Virus record (IMG/VR): IMGVR_UViG_3300002922_000001
Location: 1 to 43,896 of that record
From: a virus
Direction: 5' to 3' (one strand)
Length of the DNA stretch: 43,896 bases
The notes beneath the pieces were generated by a model. That model ran no database searches, was not told where the DNA came from, and saw nothing but the letters and a program-made list of their open reading frames with translations. The translations under genes were made by a program, and so were the position numbers. Shown here piece after piece: positions 8,371-14,587 of the stretch. Each line of letters starts with the position of its first letter. Position 1 is the first letter of the stretch.

Positions 8371-8909
8371 TAGAGCGGCGGACTAACGTGCAACAAATAA
8401 GCGCGGGCGCACTCTAACGACCATTCTATATCGGACATAGCGCGGTGATCTGTAGGCCTCGGCGGCGGCTCCACATGGTTCATAAGCATAGCTACCGACG
8501 ATACATCGAAGTTTCTATGGCTTACGTCGTCAAGTACAGTAGGCCAATGCTCTTGTAACCAAGCGCGATCGAAGTGTACGCTACTACCAGCTAATACTAT
8601 CTTTTCAGCTTCACAACTAATGTGCGAATCAATAAGCCCTACAATGCCTTTGATAACGTCGTCTCTACTGTGGCCATGATTAGCGCAAGCCTGTAAAAGC
8701 CCGCTACTGGCGTGTTGTTTAATACACCAACTACTCATCTTCACGTCTTTTTCTAGACGTACCGTACTCTCGTACGAATCCAACTTCTTTAAATATCCAT
8801 CTGTTAAAATTATCGCTACTTCCAGTATTTGACTACCTTCGGCTTTAGGGTCTATGTCTGTAGTTTCCAAATCAACCCAAATAAATAACTCCGGTCTTTT
8901 CATTTTCAT
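8370..8909 (-). CDS. DEDDh 3'-5' exonuclease, oligoribonuclease (Orn)-like
   Basis: FIWVDLETTDIDP (ExoI D-x-E), LAGSSVHFDRAWL (ExoII) and HRAMSDIEWS (ExoIII H-x4-D), in the same order and spacing as Orn. The start could be ATG 8909 or 8903. Confidence 0.75.
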   Translation of the reverse strand: MKMKRPELFIWVDLETTDIDPKAEGSQILEVAIILTDGYLKKLDSYESTVRLEKDVKMSSWCIKQHASSGLLQACANHGHSRDDVIKGIVGLIDSHISCEAEKIVLAGSSVHFDRAWLQEHWPTVLDDVSHRNFDVSSVAMLMNHVEPPPRPTDHRAMSDIEWSLECARAYLLHVSPPL

Positions 8910-8915
8910 TCTCTC

Positions 8916-8940
8916 AAAAAAAATAGCCCATCCGTGGGCT
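8916..8940 (-). terminator. Rho-independent terminator (AGCCC-ACGGAU-GGGCU + U8) after gene 8978..9550
   Basis: Minus-sense AGCCCACGGATGGGCT followed by ATTTTTTTT, read directly. Confidence 0.8.
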
Positions 8941-8977
8941 GTTGATATTCCGTTTAATTTTCTACTCTTCTAGTCGC

Positions 8978-9550
8978 TTAGAGCATACGAATACGCATAG
9001 TAGCGGCTTTAACACGCCAAGACGACCGAGGGTGGTATTTCTGTCGATCGTACTTGTCAGCCGGTGTAGCACCTTGCGTAAAGAACTTCACACGTTGGAA
9101 CTTCTTGCACTGAACAGTAGAGTTAACGACCATACGGGCTTCAAGGCCGGTAGTAGACATAGCGTTATGTCGTTCTTGTCCGACAACTTTATGGCCACCT
9201 TTCGCGGTATCAACGTGTACACGAAAACCGATACGCGGACGCCAACGGCGACCCTTGTTCAGATCAGCTTGTGTAGTAGCGCGAGTACGGCGATACGTAA
9301 CGTCAGCAAATACGCTAACCGTACCATCGCGGAGACACCAAATACCGTCGTTAGAAATACTCAACTCAGAACCACTAAGCGATCGACTAGACGACCAGTA
9401 GTTAGGGATAGTTTGAGCGGCAGCAACTGCGTTACCTTTCCAACTGCCGTTAAAACCGGCGTAAGGTAAGTTGTATTGAGTGAAAGCAAAAGCAGAAACA
9501 CTAATCAGCATAGCGACTAAGCCAACTGCGATTTTTTTGAATGGATTCAA
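8978..9550 (-). CDS. Secreted protein of unknown function (Sec signal peptide), TTG start
   Basis: MNPFKKIAVGLVAMLISVSAFA-FT signal peptide. TTG at 9550 is preceded by AGGAGA with 7-nt spacing. The mature part looks beta-rich. Confidence 0.7.
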   Translation of the reverse strand: MNPFKKIAVGLVAMLISVSAFAFTQYNLPYAGFNGSWKGNAVAAAQTIPNYWSSSRSLSGSELSISNDGIWCLRDGTVSVFADVTYRRTRATTQADLNKGRRWRPRIGFRVHVDTAKGGHKVVGQERHNAMSTTGLEARMVVNSTVQCKKFQRVKFFTQGATPADKYDRQKYHPRSSWRVKAATMRIRML

Positions 9551-9570
9551 GTTAGAATCTCCTGTAGTTT

Positions 9571-9601
9571 GCGGTAGGAAGAAGCCGCTACCGCGTCGGC
9601 T
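9571..9601 (-). promoter_or_regulatory. Interleaved stems (possible H-type pseudoknot) in the 5' leader of gene 8978..9550
   Basis: Minus-sense AGCCG-AC-GCGGTAG-CGGCT-TCTTC-CTACCGC: stem 1 is AGCCG/CGGCT and stem 2 is GCGGTAG/CTACCGC, interleaved. Confidence 0.3.
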
Positions 9602-9630
9602 ATAGAACTCTTTAGAAAATACCGCCAGTA

Positions 9631-9650
9631 GTTAAAACACCTTTACAGAT
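9631..9650 (-). promoter_or_regulatory. CTGTAAA-type promoter-like motif (variant ATCTGTAAAGGTGTTTTAAC)
   Basis: Shares CTGTAAA and TTAAC with the motif family at 10021, 10527, 12797 and 13701. Located upstream of gene 8978..9550. Confidence 0.35.
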
Positions 9651-9691
9651 CAAACTGACGATAATACATAAAACAAAATAGTAATACCACA

Positions 9692-9994
9692 TTATACCGT
9701 TACTCCTTCTTCGCGAGCGTTTAAAGGCTCCGGTAATTTGTCTTCGATCCAAGCGAGTACGAGAGCTTGTCTTGTCTTCTTGTTCAAAGCTTCGAAAGTC
9801 TTTTTAAAGTTCCGCGCACCAAGCGAATAAGCAAGGGCGAAATCTTCAGCTTCAGCAGTAGATTCGCACTGTATAGGGGTCTCTATACTTTTTCGCTCTT
9901 CGCGTGTAGCTACGCGGTATTCGCTGTAATCAATCTCTGTAGGCTTAACGTCTTCAAAATTATCTACGTCGTATTCGTCGAAATTTAAAACCAT
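9692..9994 (-). CDS. Acidic hypothetical protein (100 aa)
   Basis: ATG 9994 is preceded by GGAGAGATAAGATA, whereas the track start 10018 lacks an SD. The N-terminal half is strongly acidic. Confidence 0.6.
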   Translation of the reverse strand: MVLNFDEYDVDNFEDVKPTEIDYSEYRVATREERKSIETPIQCESTAEAEDFALAYSLGARNFKKTFEALNKKTRQALVLAWIEDKLPEPLNAREEGVTV

Positions 9995-10020
9995 TATCTT
10001 ATCTCTCCGGCTCTTCATTT

Positions 10021-10040
10021 GTTTAACTATTTACAGTATG
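10021..10040 (-). promoter_or_regulatory. Promoter-like motif CATACTGTAAATAGTTAAAC
   Basis: Conserved with 10527..10547 and 12797..12816. TAGCGT lies exactly 17 nt upstream of CATACT, as at 10527. Confidence 0.5.
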
Positions 10041-10077
10041 GTTCACGGAACAAAAAAACGCTAGGGGGAAATCTCCT

Positions 10078-10100
10078 AAAAGGCGGTCCGTCCGTGGACC
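10078..10100 (-). terminator. Hairpin GGUCC-ACGGAC-GGACC + GCCUUUU after gene 10112..10501
   Basis: Read directly. Contains the 10-mer CCGTCCGTGG (plus strand). Confidence 0.65.
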
Positions 10101-10111
10101 TAGAGAGATTC

Positions 10112-10501
10112 TTACTTAACTACGTAAGTGTTACCGTTAACAATTGTACAGTCTCCGTTAGTGTCTGTTGAGGGGAGAAAGCGACCGATAGTCTTACTTC
10201 CGTTGGAGTCTTCCAGAGACGCGGCTCCTTTGTCGCCTACGTACAAGAAGCACTCTTGGTTGAAGTCTTCAGAAAGACTAGTAAACACCTTACGCATTAC
10301 GCGGGCTTCGTAGTTAGGAAATACTACCATGAAAGACTTTTCTGTCTCGCCTTGGTAGACGCCTACGGCGCGAGCGTAAGAGGCTCCAGGTACCGCGCTA
10401 ACTATTCCCATTATAGCGGCTTCAAGTACTTGGGTCTCCGAAGCGTTATCTTTGTCGCTGTTGTCGGCGGTGTAAGCTGAAATCAAAATTGCGTGGTTCA
10501 T
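10112..10501 (-). CDS. Hypothetical protein (129 aa)
   Basis: ORF with ATG preceded by ACGGAGACGAGTAG. No motif recognised. Confidence 0.6.
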   Translation of the reverse strand: MNHAILISAYTADNSDKDNASETQVLEAAIMGIVSAVPGASYARAVGVYQGETEKSFMVVFPNYEARVMRKVFTSLSEDFNQECFLYVGDKGAASLEDSNGSKTIGRFLPSTDTNGDCTIVNGNTYVVK

Positions 10502-10526
10502 CTACTCGTCTCCGTTGCTGTGTTTT

Positions 10527-10547
10527 GCTCTAACTGTTTACAGTATG
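10527..10547 (-). promoter_or_regulatory. Promoter-like motif CATACTGTAAACAGTTAGAGC
   Basis: Same motif and the same TAGCGT-N17-CATACT spacing as at 10021. Confidence 0.5.
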
Positions 10548-10571
10548 GTCGAAGGATTAAATAAACGCTAG

Positions 10572-10584
10572 GGGATTTTATCCC
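10572..10584 (-). terminator. Short hairpin GGGAU-AAA-AUCCC followed by CUAGCGUUUAUUU after gene 10588..11136
   Basis: Read directly. Weak stem, and the U-tract is displaced by 6 nt. Confidence 0.35.
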
Positions 10585-10587
10585 AAC

Positions 10588-11136
10588 TTACGGATTAATT
10601 GTACCGCCGACTCTCTTGATAATCACATTAGTAAGTCGAATCCGAAACTTGTAGGCGTCTCGTACAGAAATACCGGCTTCGATTGATTCGCCAGCTTTAC
10701 AGAACTGGACGGTACGAATACGTAAATTTTCGGCGCGAGTAGTAGAAGGTATCCATTGCGGGCGTTGCTTCGCGACATTAGCGATACGTACCCAAACACC
10801 CATTACCCAACCAGTATTAACTGTATCGCGATTCTGTACTCGGGCGGTGATTTGTGCAAGGTACCAACCGTCGAACGAGCATACGAATTTTCTGCCACGT
10901 ACGTCGGCGGCTCCGTGTTTACCTACTTGGTCCGCGAGACCGAAGTCAGCTTTACGGTATACGGTACCGCTCGAAGTATGCGACATATTACGGTACGTTC
11001 GATCGACCATACGGGCTTCGTCTGCCATGTTGGGCGTTTGAGTTTGTGCAAATGCCGGAGTAACAGTACTTACGCCTACGAAAATAATAGCCGACGCGAT
11101 AAGAGCGAAGCGGGTTACTGTTCGTGAAATATTCAT
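10588..11136 (-). CDS. Secreted protein of unknown function (Sec signal peptide)
   Basis: MNISRTVTRFALIASAIIFVGVSTVTPAFA-QT signal peptide. C-terminal IIKRVGG motif is shared with 11320..11754. The motif order resembles 8978..9550. Confidence 0.7.
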   Translation of the reverse strand: MNISRTVTRFALIASAIIFVGVSTVTPAFAQTQTPNMADEARMVDRTYRNMSHTSSGTVYRKADFGLADQVGKHGAADVRGRKFVCSFDGWYLAQITARVQNRDTVNTGWVMGVWVRIANVAKQRPQWIPSTTRAENLRIRTVQFCKAGESIEAGISVRDAYKFRIRLTNVIIKRVGGTINP

Positions 11137-11249
11137 TTTGTTTGGTTCTCAATTGTTGCGCCAGTGACGCAAGGGTTAGTTGTTAATTGGTCTTTGTGTG
11201 TTACGTGTATTGAAACGAGAAGTACAGCGGCGAAAATTAATGGTCTCAT
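11133..11249 (-). CDS. Small ORF (38 aa, MRPLIFAAVLLVSIHVTHKDQLTTNPCVTGATIENQTK), hydrophobic N-terminus
   Basis: Below the track size cut-off. GGGAGATAACGCA-ATG gives an SD, and the stop overlaps the start of 10588..11136 as ATGA. Confidence 0.45.
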   Translation of the reverse strand: MRPLIFAAVLLVSIHVTHKDQLTTNPCVTGATIENQTK

Positions 11250-11295
11250 TGCGTTATCTCCCGTTCGATTAGTTTTAACTATACGCTAAGGGTTA

Positions 11296-11313
11296 TCTCC
11301 CGTCCATAGGAGA
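11296..11313 (-). terminator. Hairpin UCUCC-UAUGGACG-GGAGA after gene 11320..11754 (variant of the ACGGAC-loop family)
   Basis: Read directly. No clear U-tract; followed by CCCTTAGCGT as in the other modules. Confidence 0.4.
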
Positions 11314-11319
11314 AAGTCT

Positions 11320-11754
11320 CTACTTCGAATAAAAGTCCGTTCCATACACTTTTCCGCCTACTCTCTTGGCGATTATCCGATCCACTCCACCCGGACCCCA
11401 ACCAGTGTGTAAAAATACCGTATCGCGCTGAGAGCCGAAATAAGGAGTTTTCCGCGTAGCGGTACTAGGCGTCGGGTTGTATCGCGATCGTTGGATGTAC
11501 CCGGCCATTCGTCCGAGTTTTCGCACAAAATTGACCATTCTCAGGACAGAGTTGTAGATTACATGCTCTCGCGGGCGGATTTCGACGACGGCGTTATGAG
11601 CGGCTACTAGCTCTTGGGCGTGTGCATCGGTATGTAGATTATGCTCGAATGTGCCATCTGAAAAACGTACCGAGTGCCGTCCTATTCCGTTTAGCGGGTC
11701 ACTATAGACGCATTGGGCGTACTTTCGTTTAGTTTTGTGTGGATTTTGAAACAT
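11320..11754 (-). CDS. Hypothetical protein (144 aa)
   Basis: ORF. C-terminal RIIAKRVGGKVYG resembles NVIIKRVGGTINP of 10588..11136. Confidence 0.6.
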   Translation of the reverse strand: MFQNPHKTKRKYAQCVYSDPLNGIGRHSVRFSDGTFEHNLHTDAHAQELVAAHNAVVEIRPREHVIYNSVLRMVNFVRKLGRMAGYIQRSRYNPTPSTATRKTPYFGSQRDTVFLHTGWGPGGVDRIIAKRVGGKVYGTDFYSK

Positions 11755-11775
11755 TGTTTTGTTGCCTGTTGTGAT

Positions 11776-11800
11776 AAAAATTTAGCCCGTCCGTGGGCTA
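11776..11800 (-). terminator. Rho-independent terminator UAGCCC-ACGGAC-GGGCUA + AAUUUUU after gene 11815..12543
   Basis: Read directly. Contains CCGTCCGTGG. Confidence 0.75.
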
Positions 11801-11814
11801 GGGGTTATGAACTC

Positions 11815-12543
11815 TTAATTAAGATACCCGGATACTGCCGACTTCTTAGCCAGTGATACCGAAGAGCCGTAGAGTCGTCCAGTTTGGTACGCACTAGCGG
11901 ACCTACTCGTAGATGGCGCACCTGTACCGAGACGTGGGTACTTGTTACTTACAAAGACGTTGACTTCAAGCTTGGTAGCTATGTCGCGATTAACGGCTAT
12001 CAAAGCATTACCGGTAGCCGTCTGCTTAATTTCTTCAAGCTTCGGTAATGCTTCTTGTACTCTCTCGCGAATTGCGCTAGAGACTCCATTACCAAAACTG
12101 GTGTGAAACGTACGAGGGGCGTCGGGCTTAATGCCATACATTTTACACTCGGTTTTATGAAGCTTGTACTTAGACTTCGCTTCTTTACGTACCGAATCGA
12201 TTAACCAAACCGCGAAAGCTTGGGAGTTGTCTCGCGCCAATTGTGTACCTATCAAGTCGTACGTGCTGTATCGCTTGTTAATAATCATACGACAACCGAA
12301 CAAAGTAGCGGCGGACCACCAAATACCGTCGATCCATTTTATTTTAGATTCGCGATTGAATTTAGTAGAATCTACGGCACCTACTTCTTCTTTAAATTCA
12401 TGCTCTTCTAATTGGGCCAAATCAATACCGTGTTTTTCCATAAGCTTAGCGGCTTGTCTAATAGCCGTCTCTCGTTCAGTGTCCGACGCTTGGGTATGGT
12501 CGCCAATTTCCAACAGCTTGTTAATTTTTGCCTTAATATCCAT
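11815..12543 (-). CDS. DUF2786-type protein
   Basis: N-terminus MDIKAKINKLLEIGDHTQASDTERETAIRQAAKLMEKHGI matches the DUF2786 helical signature. ATG 12543 is preferred over the GTG at 12591 (SD GAGAGAG, and no overlap with the upstream gene). Confidence 0.6.
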   Translation of the reverse strand: MDIKAKINKLLEIGDHTQASDTERETAIRQAAKLMEKHGIDLAQLEEHEFKEEVGAVDSTKFNRESKIKWIDGIWWSAATLFGCRMIINKRYSTYDLIGTQLARDNSQAFAVWLIDSVRKEAKSKYKLHKTECKMYGIKPDAPRTFHTSFGNGVSSAIRERVQEALPKLEEIKQTATGNALIAVNRDIATKLEVNVFVSNKYPRLGTGAPSTSRSASAYQTGRLYGSSVSLAKKSAVSGYLN

Positions 12544-12575
12544 TGTTAATACTCTCTCTATGGGTTGAACTAAAA

Positions 12576-12770
12576 TTAAAGTACGCAACACTTATCAGCG
12601 TACGCTACGGCTTCTTCGAAAGTCTTGAAATGTGTAATGTGTGGAAGTAACTCGTTCTCTTCAGTATCGCGAACGAAAAGAGAAAAACGCTTTTGAAGCA
12701 ATAAAACGGTAACAAGTACTTCGTCGTTATCGTTGGCGTAAACTACTAAGTTGTCGTTAGGTTCTTTCAT
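12576..12770 (-). CDS. Hypothetical protein (64 aa)
   Basis: ATG 12770 preceded by GAGCGGAGAAAACCAG, whereas the track start 12788 is a GTG without an SD. Confidence 0.5.
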   Translation of the reverse strand: MKEPNDNLVVYANDNDEVLVTVLLLQKRFSLFVRDTEENELLPHITHFKTFEEAVAYADKCCVL

Positions 12771-12796
12771 CTGGTTTTCTCCGCTCACTATGTTTT

Positions 12797-12816
12797 GCTT
12801 AACTATCTACAGTAAA
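12797..12816 (-). promoter_or_regulatory. Promoter-like motif TTTACTGTAGATAGTTAAGC
   Basis: Same family as 10021 and 10527. Directly downstream of hairpin 12831..12844. Confidence 0.45.
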
Positions 12817-12830
12817 GCACACTAGGCGGC

Positions 12831-12844
12831 TCCCGTCCGTGGGA
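12831..12844 (-). terminator. Hairpin UCCC-ACGGAC-GGGA after the dNMP kinase gene
   Basis: Read directly. Contains CCGTCCGTGG. An alternative GGGA-CAAUU-UCCC pairing lies just upstream. Confidence 0.45.
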
Positions 12845-12863
12845 AATTGTCCCTACTTGGAGA

Positions 12864-13412
12864 TTATTTAGTTAGTACTTTTAACACTGTAGACGTTACG
12901 TCTCCATTATTGTCTACCGCCTTGGTAGCTAACTCTTTGTCTACGTTTTCTGCTACGTGTTTATGGTTAGTTTCCGCTCCGTCTCTTTCCAAGTAAACGT
13001 TAACACCATTGTAACGATTGACTAGTGCTATCTCATTAGGAAAGCGTACGTCTGAAATAACTACGTCTTTATCATAGTTAACGTAGAGCTTCAAATCGTT
13101 TTCCAGAATGTCTAACCAAATATTGTCGTTATACTGGTTACGCATGTAGTCGGTACCAAAGTGCTGTAAGAAGTCTCGCAGACTTTTACCGCCAAGTCTT
13201 TCTTGTGGTTTAGCTTTCTCTTCTTGTGACCATTCAATTAATTGAGTCCAGTCTTCGCTAAGAAGTATTCCAGCTATTTTATATAACGGAGTCGCAAACT
13301 TCAGTTTTGTATACTGACATTGAAACACCATAGCATCGGCTACAGTATCTTTTCCGGCTCCCGGCTTGCCAAGTAGACCAACTACTTGTGGTCGTTCGTT
13401 TTTGTCTTTCAA
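12864..13412 (-). CDS. Deoxynucleoside monophosphate kinase (T4 gp1-like), TTG start
   Basis: P-loop GKPGAGKDTVAD, FGTDYMRN and SDVRFPNE resemble phage dNMP kinases. TTG 13412 is preceded by GGAGAATATAAA. Confidence 0.7.
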   Translation of the reverse strand: MKDKNERPQVVGLLGKPGAGKDTVADAMVFQCQYTKLKFATPLYKIAGILLSEDWTQLIEWSQEEKAKPQERLGGKSLRDFLQHFGTDYMRNQYNDNIWLDILENDLKLYVNYDKDVVISDVRFPNEIALVNRYNGVNVYLERDGAETNHKHVAENVDKELATKAVDNNGDVTSTVLKVLTK

Positions 13413-13427
13413 TTTATATTCTCCAAG

Positions 13428-13628
13428 TTAAATAGAAGTTAGCTTTGAATAAGAGATCAAGTCTAAAATATCTTGGACGGCGTTGTCAATCTCTTTTTGG
13501 TCGTCTTTCTTTTTAGAACTTCTCTTCTCCGCTAAGGTTTTACCGGATTGTTGTACTTCTCCTTTTTTCATTTTACGTTTTTTTGGTTGCCTATAATTTC
13601 GTTTTTCATAAGTTTGTAGTAATTGCAT
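13428..13628 (-). CDS. Lys-rich small protein (66 aa)
   Basis: First leftward ORF. ATG preceded by GAGCGGAGAGAATTAAAC. Confidence 0.5.
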   Translation of the reverse strand: MQLLQTYEKRNYRQPKKRKMKKGEVQQSGKTLAEKRSSKKKDDQKEIDNAVQDILDLISYSKLTSI

Positions 13629-13700
13629 GTTTAATTCTCTCCGCTCGCCAGAGCCGATCGCTTACCCTGTCGGGACGCTCCGCTTGGCTCGCTAATAATT

Positions 13701-13719
13701 TGTTTGATTTACAGTAATG
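13701..13719 (-). promoter_or_regulatory. Promoter-like motif CATTACTGTAAATCAAACA for the leftward arm
   Basis: Same ACTGTAAAT core. Lies about 90 nt upstream of ATG 13628. Confidence 0.45.
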
Positions 13720-13757
13720 ATCCTTTCAGAAAAATGAATTAGAGTCAAGTATTCGTA

Positions 13758-13777
13758 TACTGTTAATTTATACAGTA
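13758..13777. promoter_or_regulatory. Perfect-arm palindrome TACTGTTAATTTATACAGTA (LexA/SOS-box-like, CTGT-N8-ACAG)
   Basis: 17 of 20 positions match the E. coli-type consensus TACTGTATATATATACAGTA, and all mismatches fall in the AT spacer. Centred in the 240-nt divergent region between the leftward and rightward early arms. Confidence 0.6.
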
Positions 13778-13868
13778 GTTGCGCATAGATGGCACATAGA
13801 AATAATACTTGCGTTTAGATTGTAGTTACTGTATGGTGGCTATATTCTAACTTGAATAGGGTAAGATT

Positions 13869-14345
13869 ATGGGCTTAAAAATGAAGCCGCACACAGCGGA
13901 GTTCGGTAGGTGGTTTTGGCCTAAGTACAAAGAGATTCTTAAGGGGAGTAAGTCCGAAGACATAGGGCGTAAGAAAAAATTTGTTAGTGTATTCCAAGAA
14001 CTGTACCCCGACGCGGAAACATTCGAAGAAGACGAAGCCGGTATACGCGAGTACGTAGAACATATATTGAAGTATCACGAATCAATCGACCACTTTCAAA
14101 AGCAAACCTTATGGTATCCGTTCGCGTGGAACTTCTTTAGAGACTATTATTGGTGTGACGATAAACCGTACTTCGAAGAGATAACAGATTGTCCGTACTG
14201 CGACAAAGACGGATTATACAACGGACTGTGTTACGAACACGCTAACCCAAACTACGGACCGGCTACCGATGGCGCGGCTACAATGAAAGGTGAAGGTAAG
14301 AAGCTGTACCAGAAAACACTAAAGACGATAGCGGCGGCGGCATGA
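13869..14345 (+). CDS. Hypothetical protein (158 aa), Cys-containing C-terminal part
   Basis: First rightward early ORF. CPYCDKDGLYNGLCYEH looks like a zinc-binding knuckle. Confidence 0.6.
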   Translation: MGLKMKPHTAEFGRWFWPKYKEILKGSKSEDIGRKKKFVSVFQELYPDAETFEEDEAGIREYVEHILKYHESIDHFQKQTLWYPFAWNFFRDYYWCDDKPYFEEITDCPYCDKDGLYNGLCYEHANPNYGPATDGAATMKGEGKKLYQKTLKTIAAAA

Positions 14346-14587
14346 TTTATTTTAAAGCGGACAAAGATAAACGCCTCTGTTACGGCGATGAGGGAGCGCA
14401 AGCTGTCGCAGTGGATCGTTCTATACCATATCGAGACGACGTTAGTGTTATAGTTTTTTTCGAGTCGAAAGGGATAAACACTATAAAACTTTACTCAGGT
14501 TTAACTTACGAGGCAGAGCGCGAAATTATGGAAAGTTGGTGCACTGATTGGTCGCTAGATTGGCATTCAGCGGAACTAGACAAATGA
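14342..14587 (+). CDS. Hypothetical protein (81 aa)
   Basis: ATGA start/stop overlap with the upstream ORF. Confidence 0.55.
   Translation: MIYFKADKDKRLCYGDEGAQAVAVDRSIPYRDDVSVIVFFESKGINTIKLYSGLTYEAEREIMESWCTDWSLDWHSAELDK

Noticed and set aside
8942-9469. 175-aa plus ORF
   Set aside because: It is antisense to the signal-peptide gene 8978..9550, which has a proper SD and TTG start. It also starts inside the terminator hairpin and has an Arg/Ser/Thr-rich composition.
9691-9696. Perfect TATAAT (minus sense) overlapping the stop codon of gene 9692..9994
   Set aside because: There is no acceptable -35 or TG extension at the right spacing. A single hexamer match is expected by chance many times in 44 kb.
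10756-11127. Plus-strand ORFs 10756..11127, 10847..11041 and 10854..11063
   Set aside because: They are antisense to the secreted-protein gene 10588..11136 within an otherwise uniformly leftward arm.
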